From Candidatus Poseidoniaceae archaeon (GTDB lineage Archaea > Thermoplasmatota > Poseidoniia > Poseidoniales > Poseidoniaceae): a stretch of 22,465 bases of DNA. The translations under genes were made by a program, and so were the position numbers. The stretch is from the NCBI GenBank assembly GCA_965662895.1, contig CBFIJH010000020.1, forward strand, positions 1 to 22,465. Reading direction: 5' to 3'. The notes under the pieces were generated by a model, which searched no databases, was not told the origin of the DNA, and worked only from the letters and a program-made list of their open reading frames with translations. The stretch's first letter is position 1, and every line of letters starts with the position of its first letter. This document shows, piece by piece, positions 1 to 7,150 of the stretch.

Positions 1-272
1 ATTTCATGATGATGGGCTTCTTCTTTCGCCTTGTAGAGGTCAGCCTCCTTGTCATCGCTTGAAATAATTTCATCATCAACAGCGGCTTGCCACGCTTTCT
101 TTGCGTCGTTATAATGCGCTTCTTCGTCTTCCCACGCGTGGTGCTTCATATCAGCAACGACAACACCAAGACCAACGTAGGAGACAACGGCCAATCCGAG
201 AATCATCCCAGCCATCATCAACGCACGCATCCAAACAGCGTTCTTGACGTCGCTGTTTCCTGCTCCGCCCAT
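1..272 (-). CDS. Partial (runs off window) membrane protein directly downstream of coxA; probable oxidase-operon subunit (subunit III with N-terminal extension, or accessory)
   Basis: Not in the ORF track; translated by hand from ATG 272, which overlaps the coxA stop as TGATG, with SD-like GGGGAGGAG upstream. Open to the window edge: MGGAGNSDVKNAVWMRALMMAGMILGLAVVSYVGLGVVVADMKHHAWEDEEAHYNDAKKAWQAAVDDEIISSDDKEADLYKAKEEAHHHE. One TM helix. Identity is inferred from position only. Confidence 0.75.
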   Translation of the reverse strand, partial: MGGAGNSDVKNAVWMRALMMAGMILGLAVVSYVGLGVVVADMKHHAWEDEEAHYNDAKKAWQAAVDDEIISSDDKEADLYKAKEEAHHHE

Positions 273-2671
273 CAAATCTCCTCCCCAGTTGTGGAAAGTA
301 CGGCTGCACTAACCACGGTGGATTTCTTGGCTCCTTCACCTTTCTTCTTGCCTTTCCACAACTTCTCTTTCATGGAACTATCAGCATGATGCCCGTAGAT
401 TTCGTTCATGTCACGCTGTGTTGGAATGACGTGGAAAGAAGGTGTTGGAGGAGGCGAGGTTGTCGACCATTCGAGCGACCATCCACCCCATGGGTCTTTG
501 CCAGCTTTCTCTCCGTTCTTTCCAGAGTAGATGATGTTCCAAACGAGGAGGAGTTGGCTCAATCCAAAGATGAAAGCGAAGATGGAAATCGCCATGTTGT
601 ACTCAGCAAATCCACTTTCAACGGTGTAGGAGTGCGTTCGTCGAGGCATTCCTTGGATACCAAGAGCGTGCATTGGCCAGAAAGCGGCGTTGTAGGAGGC
701 AAATCCGATCAAGAAGTGCCAAAGTCCGAGCGTTTCGTTGAGCTTTCGACCAGTAGCCTTCGGGTACCAGTAGTAGACACCAGAGAACAGTGCAAACACC
801 GTACCGCCGATGAACACGTAGTGGAAGTGAGCGACAACGAAGTAGGAGTCGTGGAAGTGCGTATCAAGACCAGCAACTGGGAAGAACATTCCAGAGATAC
901 CACCGAGTGTGAAGGTAATGAGGAATCCAAGCGCCCAAAGGGTGTGGGTCTTCATGACGAGAGAACCGCCCCAAAGCGTCATCAGCCAGTTGAAAATCTT
1001 CGCACCGGTTGGAATCGCAACGGCCATGGTTGTAATCATGAACGCAGCACGCCAGAATGGGTCCATACCCGATGTGAGCATGTGGTGCCCCCAAACAATG
1101 AACCCGACAATACCGATTCCAGCCATGGCGAAGACCATCGACTTGTAGCCAAAGATGGATCGGCGAGCGCTTGTTGCAAGGACTTCAGAGACGATACCAA
1201 ACGCTGGGATGATGACAACATAGACTTCAGGATGTCCAAAGAACCAGAACAGGTGCTGGAACAGCAACGGATCTCCTCCGCCCGTAAAGAATGTCGAACC
1301 TATCGTATGGTCAAACATCAGGAAGGCAACACCGATGATCAATGCCGGCAAGGACATGAACAGCATGAAGACGCTGACAAACGCCGACCAGGTGAAGAGT
1401 GGCATTTTCATCCACGTGATTCCCGGTGCACGCATGGTGAACACTGTGGTGATGAAGTTCACACCACCGAGCGTTGACGATGCACCGAGCATCAGCATTC
1501 CCGCAATGAACGAAGTCGTACCTGCGTTGGCACCGTAATCACCAGCGTTGTTCAAGGACGAATAAGGCGGATACATAACCCATGTAATGTCTGCACCTTC
1601 ACCGGACCAAATGCCTCCAAAGATAAGCGGCGCCGAGAAGACGAGAAGCCAGAGACCCATTGCGTTGATTCGTGGGAAAGCCAAATCCTTCGCACCGATT
1701 TGCAGTGGCAGGACGTAATTGAGGAATCCAGCGATCATTGGCATCGCGCCAAGGAAAATCATTGTGGTTCCGTGCAACGTGAAGAACGAGTTGTATTCCT
1801 GTTGTGTGAGGAAGTCGTTTTCCGGTAGAGCAAGTTGGATACGGAACAAGAGAGCAAGTACTCCGCCGACGAGGAAGAAGAAGAATCCAAACAGGAAGTA
1901 CAGGATTCCAACTTCCTTGTGGTCGGTCGTTGTCAGCCATGGCTTGAGGTAACTCCAGAAGCTTCCGATGGTGAAGGTATCAGGGCTTCGTCGGTAGAAG
2001 ACCCACATGGTTCCGAGAAGAATAATGGAGATTGAAAGACCTATAGCGGTGAGAAGAATCACCAGTGGAGGTGCGCTCAGAGCTTGGGGATCCGCATTGA
2101 GGCCCGGAACAACGATGTTCTCAATGTTCCAGTAATCGTTGCCCGCACCATCAGGGCTGACGTCACCAAATGCTGTGGCGCCACCACTTGCTGCACCACC
2201 GCTTACGGCGTTTCCAATGATGGTCATTTCAACGGTTGCAGTATCGGTTGCAGGTGCTGTGAATTCGAAATCCCATGAACGGAACTTGTTTCCGTCCTCG
2301 GTATGGGTTAGGCCACCTTCAACGACTTGACTGTAGGACGGATCAATGGTGGTGACGCTTCCACCTCCTTCGACAAGAATGCGGAATCCACCTTGAACAC
2401 CGCTCCATCCTTTCGCAGGGTCGCCGTCTCCATAGAGTGTCATCTCTTCATTGACGAGTGTGACTGTGAAAACGTAGGTTTCGCTTGCATTGAATGTCTC
2501 AGGGAGTCCTTCAACGAGAATGGTGGTGGAACCATCATCGCCGCCAACGTGGCAGGAACAACCAGCGTTGCCCGCACCGCCGATACCGCCAGGGAGTGCG
2601 CTGAATTGTGGAACGAGCATGAGGGCGACGAGAAGCAAACTAAGGACGCCTACGGCACGTCGTCGCATCAC
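272..2671 (-). CDS. coxA: Cytochrome c oxidase subunit I (A1-type) with N-terminal signal peptide, Reeler/choice-of-anchor-V-like domain and extra TM helix
   Basis: Motifs WLTTTDHK, HGTTMIF (heme a His), KDLAFPRIN (D-channel), FWFFGHPEVY (CuB His/Glu/Tyr, A1 signature), VWGHHM, PTGAKIF (K-channel), FHDSYFVVAHFHY and GMPRR. Start is GTG 2671 or ATG 2668, with SD GGAGGTGA. Confidence 0.98.
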   Translation of the reverse strand: MMRRRAVGVLSLLLVALMLVPQFSALPGGIGGAGNAGCSCHVGGDDGSTTILVEGLPETFNASETYVFTVTLVNEEMTLYGDGDPAKGWSGVQGGFRILVEGGGSVTTIDPSYSQVVEGGLTHTEDGNKFRSWDFEFTAPATDTATVEMTIIGNAVSGGAASGGATAFGDVSPDGAGNDYWNIENIVVPGLNADPQALSAPPLVILLTAIGLSISIILLGTMWVFYRRSPDTFTIGSFWSYLKPWLTTTDHKEVGILYFLFGFFFFLVGGVLALLFRIQLALPENDFLTQQEYNSFFTLHGTTMIFLGAMPMIAGFLNYVLPLQIGAKDLAFPRINAMGLWLLVFSAPLIFGGIWSGEGADITWVMYPPYSSLNNAGDYGANAGTTSFIAGMLMLGASSTLGGVNFITTVFTMRAPGITWMKMPLFTWSAFVSVFMLFMSLPALIIGVAFLMFDHTIGSTFFTGGGDPLLFQHLFWFFGHPEVYVVIIPAFGIVSEVLATSARRSIFGYKSMVFAMAGIGIVGFIVWGHHMLTSGMDPFWRAAFMITTMAVAIPTGAKIFNWLMTLWGGSLVMKTHTLWALGFLITFTLGGISGMFFPVAGLDTHFHDSYFVVAHFHYVFIGGTVFALFSGVYYWYPKATGRKLNETLGLWHFLIGFASYNAAFWPMHALGIQGMPRRTHSYTVESGFAEYNMAISIFAFIFGLSQLLLVWNIIYSGKNGEKAGKDPWGGWSLEWSTTSPPPTPSFHVIPTQRDMNEIYGHHADSSMKEKLWKGKKKGEGAKKSTVVSAAVLSTTGEEI

Positions 2672-3651
2672 ATTTCACCTCCGTCATCGTACGTGTTGGA
2701 GGAGCCGGAATCGCTCTTCTTGACGCCGCTGTCGAAATCACAAGTCATCCCTTCGCGTGCAACCACCATGACCTGACCGGTCATGATTGAGTGCTGCATG
2801 CCACAGTACTCTGCACAACGGATTGGGAAGGTACCCGAGTCGTCTGGCATGAAGTACAAGGTTGTGCCTGCTTCAAGCCCCGGAACGAAATCTTCCTTCA
2901 TACCCCACTCAGGGACCCAGAAAGCGTGTTGGACGCCAACGTTCCGAGTATCTGTCGGGTCGACCGGCTTCGATTTCATGGTTGCATCAACCAATTCATC
3001 GCAAGGAACGATCATTGGTTCGGACGGTGTGATGAAGGTGTGGCCGCGTGGGATGTGTTCCCAAGTGTGAATGAGCGCGCCTTCAGCATCGAAAACCTTG
3101 ACGTAGGTATGTCGTCCAAGGTCGTAAACAGCCGTAATCGCCATCATACTGGAGCCGTTGTTGATTTCGTAATCGGTTTTGACGTTGTCCAATTTGACTT
3201 CAATCGCTGCTGCATTGGCGTTACCGGAGGCATCGACTTGCATGACGCCTTGATCCCACTGAACATCAATTCCCGTGCCAGTGTCTTCCCACGTGAGCAT
3301 TTCAGCGTATTCGAATTCGAAATACCACTGGTAGGCGTTGATGTTGATTTCGAAGGAATCTTCTGTGTCAGGGTTCCAAACAGCGGTGTTTGACCCCAGT
3401 GCGAGTACGGTCAACCAAACAACAAGAATGGTCGGCAGAATGTAGAACATCGCCTCCAACGCGGTATTGTGACGATCGACGGGAAACGCCCCGACTTCGA
3501 TGTGATCAAGTTCGGTCGTATCAGGCTCGACACCATCACGATAACGCAAAATCGCCGTAAGCAACCAACCAAATGTGAAAATTGCGACGAGAATTGACCA
3601 GAACATGTATTTGTCATAGAGGACGTAGAAAACGGTATCTTCCGCTGGCAT
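2668..3651 (-). CDS. coxB: Cytochrome c oxidase subunit II (CuA)
   Basis: Two N-terminal TM helices, AYQWYFEFEY aromatic motif, HAFWVP and CuA motif CAEYCGMQHSIM. Stop overlaps the coxA start. Confidence 0.97.
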   Translation of the reverse strand: MPAEDTVFYVLYDKYMFWSILVAIFTFGWLLTAILRYRDGVEPDTTELDHIEVGAFPVDRHNTALEAMFYILPTILVVWLTVLALGSNTAVWNPDTEDSFEININAYQWYFEFEYAEMLTWEDTGTGIDVQWDQGVMQVDASGNANAAAIEVKLDNVKTDYEINNGSSMMAITAVYDLGRHTYVKVFDAEGALIHTWEHIPRGHTFITPSEPMIVPCDELVDATMKSKPVDPTDTRNVGVQHAFWVPEWGMKEDFVPGLEAGTTLYFMPDDSGTFPIRCAEYCGMQHSIMTGQVMVVAREGMTCDFDSGVKKSDSGSSNTYDDGGEM

Positions 3652-3819
3652 GGCTGCACCCTGTATTGAGGGGCGAACAGGCCCACTTTAAGCGTTGGCG
3701 TAAAGCAGGCACTAGATTGAAATTCTTACCTCCAGTTTTCTTACATATATATGTGTGTTCTTTGTCAATTTCACACATGTTCAAGAGGAATTGCACTCTT
3801 GGATGATTTAGGTGCAAAG
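3652..3819. promoter_or_regulatory. Divergent promoter region (cox operon / TOPRIM gene)
   Basis: AT-rich non-coding gap between divergent starts. CTTAAAG on the minus strand about 35 nt before the coxB ATG, palindrome ACATATATATGT at 3743-3754, and GTTCAAGA at 3779-3786. Confidence 0.6.
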
Positions 3820-4284
3820 ATGGATCCGACCAACACCATCGAGCGGTTCGAAACCGCTGGAAAAGCCTTAGGTGAGGCGCGTCGGCGCAACCGAGAGGAA
3901 GAATTTGCCATCATCGTTGAAGGTCCAAGGGACAAAATCGCGCTTCACCGCCTCGGATTTGACGGACCGATTGAAGTCGTTAATCGCGGCTGGGGCATGG
4001 ACAAATTGACGGCCTATCTCTACGAAACGTACGGAACGCGAACAGCCGACCGACGCTCAACAATGACCCTTCTCATGGACTGGGACCGTACGGGCGGGAA
4101 ACTGCAGGCAAATCTTCGCCGCCGGCTTGAGTCGTTCGACGTCATGATCGACGAGGATTTGAGGAAGGTGTTGATGAAAACCCTGAAGCCAGAAACTCGA
4201 GTCGTCGAAAGTTTAGGTGGGCTTGCAGGAGCCTTGGTCCCGCACATGGACGTCGGTGCTCTGCTTCGCAACAACGATGCATGA
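3820..4284 (+). CDS. Stand-alone TOPRIM-domain protein (small primase-like/RNase M5-like, UPF0292-like)
   Basis: IIVEGPRD (TOPRIM Glu motif) and LLMDWDRTG (DxD motif). ATG 3820 is preferred over 3751, which lies in the AT-rich promoter. Confidence 0.88.
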   Translation: MDPTNTIERFETAGKALGEARRRNREEEFAIIVEGPRDKIALHRLGFDGPIEVVNRGWGMDKLTAYLYETYGTRTADRRSTMTLLMDWDRTGGKLQANLRRRLESFDVMIDEDLRKVLMKTLKPETRVVESLGGLAGALVPHMDVGALLRNNDA

Positions 4285-4326
4285 TTCGGGTGGAAGTTAA
4301 AATACCCTCCAACACAGTGCATACTC

Positions 4327-5544
4327 ATGGGCATTCTACGCAACTACCGCTGGTTGAAAGCCCGTGATTTGAAATCCTATCCGAAACCAGATTTCGCAAA
4401 GAAGGCAGCAACAGAAGCGGAAATCGCCGTGTGCGAAGCATTGTGCCAAATCGAGGACGTCGTCGAAGTCTATCATTCAGCTCGAATCGATCAAATCATC
4501 AGCGGAAAGAGTCGTCGAGAAGCAGACATCATCGCATTGTTGCGCAATCGGATCGTCTTTATCGAAGTCAAGAACTACAAAGGCGAAGTCACGATGGTCG
4601 AGAATGTCCTTCATCAAAACGGCCAATCAAGAGGTTGGACGTTTGCAAAACTCGAGGAGGCAGTCGGCCGTTTTCACGAGATTAGTCGCCACGTTGGTAT
4701 TGAAATCCAACGCGATACCATCGAAACCGTGCTTGCGTGTGTCGGCTATGCGAATGTGGACGAAAGAGTCCAACCACGAGCACTCACCGGCTCGCATGTT
4801 GCAGCATCGAGAGACGAACTGCTCTCACTTCTTTCAACATCGGAGGAGCATCATGAGGACTTTGATGAGGAGACGCTCAAAGCGTTGAAGAAACTCCTTT
4901 CGATGTTTGGAACGTGGGATGCGATTGAATTCCCAAATGAGGCTCGACATGAAGGCGATCTCATCCAACCACGCGATGAAGTACGCGAATGGAGAATTAC
5001 TTATTCAGAACTTCAAATCCGTAATCAGCGAAGCTGGTGGAGCACATTTTTCCGAGGGCCAAAGTTTGTTGGAGATTTGATTCCACGTCTTGGAAACAAT
5101 GTCAAAACGGTGGATATTGATCAACATCAACTTGCAGTGTTGCACAATCCTCACGAGCGAATCGATGAAGAGTATCCCTTTGAGGATGTAGCCGTCCTGA
5201 CGTTCGGATACAAGGAAGTTCCAGATTGGAGCAAGGTTCAGTTGATGGAACCAACGAAGAAGACGAAAGAGAATCGAGAAACGGTTATCCCAACTCCACA
5301 AGAAGGCGATGTTTACCACCAAGCCCGAATTGTTCGCCACCTGACGCAGGGCGCACACCAAGGCATTGTGTTCCGTCTTGACGACAAGAACGAGGGTGTG
5401 CTGTGGCGAGACCAAATGTCCGTCATGGAATGGGACAACAAAGACGTTCTTTTGGCCGTCAATTCAGCTCACGATGTTGAAGTGACTTCTTCAACGTTCA
5501 ACAAAGCAAAGAAACGATGGCGCATCAAAGTCAAGACGATTTGA
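4327..5544 (+). CDS. NERD-type PD-(D/E)xK nuclease with C-terminal S1/OB-fold-like domain
   Basis: AEIAVCEAL...EADIIAL...IVFIEVKNYKG is the NERD signature. The C-terminal PQEGDVYHQARIV...GIVFRLDDKNEGVLW...DVEVTS...RIKV matches the S1 strand pattern. Confidence 0.82.
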   Translation: MGILRNYRWLKARDLKSYPKPDFAKKAATEAEIAVCEALCQIEDVVEVYHSARIDQIISGKSRREADIIALLRNRIVFIEVKNYKGEVTMVENVLHQNGQSRGWTFAKLEEAVGRFHEISRHVGIEIQRDTIETVLACVGYANVDERVQPRALTGSHVAASRDELLSLLSTSEEHHEDFDEETLKALKKLLSMFGTWDAIEFPNEARHEGDLIQPRDEVREWRITYSELQIRNQRSWWSTFFRGPKFVGDLIPRLGNNVKTVDIDQHQLAVLHNPHERIDEEYPFEDVAVLTFGYKEVPDWSKVQLMEPTKKTKENRETVIPTPQEGDVYHQARIVRHLTQGAHQGIVFRLDDKNEGVLWRDQMSVMEWDNKDVLLAVNSAHDVEVTSSTFNKAKKRWRIKVKTI

Positions 5545-6001
5545 ATTCTTCCGCAGCTGGAACGACTCGACCGTCCTCTTTGACCGTGTTGAGAACGACT
5601 TGCGTAAACGAACGTTGTACGCCTTTCAACGTGAACACGGTCTTGGTTAAGTCGTCCAAGTCCTGACGCCCACGGACGCGAGCAAGCACCATTGAATCGT
5701 AATCTCCGGTCACATCGTAAACGGCAAAAACGCGAGGATCAGCGGCAATTTGTTGTTGAACATCGATCATCGAGCCTTTCTGAATTCTCAAACCAGTGAT
5801 GACGGTCATGGTCCAACCAATACTTTCCGCATCCAAAAGCACGGTGTAGCCTTTGATGACGCCCATGTCTTCAAGTCGTCGAAGTCGATTGGTGATGGTC
5901 CCTTGGGCAACACCGACCCGTTTCGCAAGACCGCGTTGACTAATTCGCGCATCTTCAAGCAAGGCCGCGAGGAGGGAACGGTCGGTCGCATCAAGGTCCA
6001 T
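5531..6001 (-). CDS. Lrp/AsnC family transcriptional regulator
   Basis: LDATDRSLLAALLEDARIS...LAKRVGVAQGTITNRLRRLEDMGVIKGY (HTH) and VYDVTGDYD (RAM domain). Confidence 0.96.
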   Translation of the reverse strand: MDLDATDRSLLAALLEDARISQRGLAKRVGVAQGTITNRLRRLEDMGVIKGYTVLLDAESIGWTMTVITGLRIQKGSMIDVQQQIAADPRVFAVYDVTGDYDSMVLARVRGRQDLDDLTKTVFTLKGVQRSFTQVVLNTVKEDGRVVPAAEEFKSS

Positions 6002-6010
6002 GAATCAACG

Positions 6011-7150
6011 TCAGTCTTGCTCATCTTGAACGCTTCGTTCCGCTTTGTTGCGTTGAGGTAAGCGAATGTTCTGTGTCCATCCACCCAATGCATCAACATC
6101 CATTTTCAATTTGAGAACAAGAAGGTCGTCGTGCCATTTCTTGAATCGAACGTCGAAACTTAATCGCGAACCAGATTCAATCGTACTTCGTTTGACTCCA
6201 CCACGCATCGACCAGGGCTCGTTTGCCTCACAACCCTGAATGGAGACATCCCGACGCTTGGCATCGATTTCGATGACCACTGCAGGGTCTTTGCCATTCT
6301 TCCATTGAGCTCGAACCTCCGGCAAACCATATTCTTGATTGAACGAACTGCGAACGACCGAGAAGACGATAACGAGCGCAACTGCGATGAAGACGAGTGG
6401 TGGTGCATAGTCGAGCAAGGCAAGATCTTCGCTGGATGTTGGAATCGAGGTTTCATACAGGGCGATCACGCCTGGTGGTTCGGTTGAGTTGGATGCAGCA
6501 CCCATGACCACAATCAGAACCTTCCAGCCGTAACGTTCCTCAGAAAGGTCAACTCCGGCAGCGGAAAGATGCTCATAGGAGACAGTAACGTTGGTTGTTG
6601 ATGTGTTTCCACTCAACCGATAAAATCCAACTTCAGAGGTGAGGTCCCGGACAAGATGCGTCAATTCCCGACCGTGGTTATCTTCGCTGTTCTCTTCAAC
6701 GAACAGCAATTGCATGATAACATCGTTGCGAAGATCAACCAGCGGTGTGACGGTCAGATTACCGAAGAGGTAGTATTCCTCGTCAACATCGGAACGAATT
6801 GAAAATGTACCTTCCACATCGACAAGATGCTGTCTCTCTTCGGAGTTGTTCCCATTGGTGATCGAGCGACTTTCGTTCAATTCGACCCCCATGTTGCCTG
6901 CGCGAAGATTGGCATCATCATCGGGCCATGTCGAACCGGTTTGCTCACTGTACCGCCACCATTGGACGACGACATCATCGTCGCCTGGTTCAGCACAGCC
7001 AAGGCATTCCCCGGCGGAATTCGGGAAGTGCTCAATGTAGTTCTGTTCCACATCAACGGGATTCTCAACGTCCCATTCGATGTGAATACTGGTGGCTGCG
7101 GAAGCAAGTGGAACAAGCGCCAAGAGAAGGACGACAACGAATCGTTTCAT
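6011..7150 (-). CDS. Hypothetical exported single-pass membrane protein with a CxxC motif
   Basis: ATG 7150 overlaps the upstream stop (ATGA), with SD GGAGGAGG. Signal peptide MKRFVVVLLLALVPLASA, acidic ectodomain with CLGC and several NxS/T sequons, TM PPLVFIAVALVIVFSVV, and an approx. 110-aa cytoplasmic beta-rich domain. Confidence 0.85.
   Translation of the reverse strand: MKRFVVVLLLALVPLASAATSIHIEWDVENPVDVEQNYIEHFPNSAGECLGCAEPGDDDVVVQWWRYSEQTGSTWPDDDANLRAGNMGVELNESRSITNGNNSEERQHLVDVEGTFSIRSDVDEEYYLFGNLTVTPLVDLRNDVIMQLLFVEENSEDNHGRELTHLVRDLTSEVGFYRLSGNTSTTNVTVSYEHLSAAGVDLSEERYGWKVLIVVMGAASNSTEPPGVIALYETSIPTSSEDLALLDYAPPLVFIAVALVIVFSVVRSSFNQEYGLPEVRAQWKNGKDPAVVIEIDAKRRDVSIQGCEANEPWSMRGGVKRSTIESGSRLSFDVRFKKWHDDLLVLKLKMDVDALGGWTQNIRLPQRNKAERSVQDEQD

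Noticed and set aside
386-1477. 363-aa plus-strand ORF and other long antisense ORFs (2791-3393, 7795-8385, 13106-13552, 17216-17893, 21880-22326)
   Set aside because: Shadows of well-supported genes on the opposite strand, with no motifs, SD or plausible composition.
2549-2560. Canonical c-type cytochrome motif in the CoxA extension
   Set aside because: The motif is CxCH, not CxxCH, and the domain looks beta-rich rather than a helical cytochrome c. Kept only as a non-canonical hypothesis.
2640-2671. Tat signal in CoxA (MRRRAV)
   Set aside because: Lacks the S/T-R-R-x-F-L consensus, so it is more simply a basic Sec n-region.
3720-3780. Replication origin (AT-rich stretch, CTCCAGTT resembling a mini-ORB)
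   Set aside because: No TCCAGTGGAAAC-type ORB with G-string, no repeated ORBs and no cdc6/orc1 nearby.
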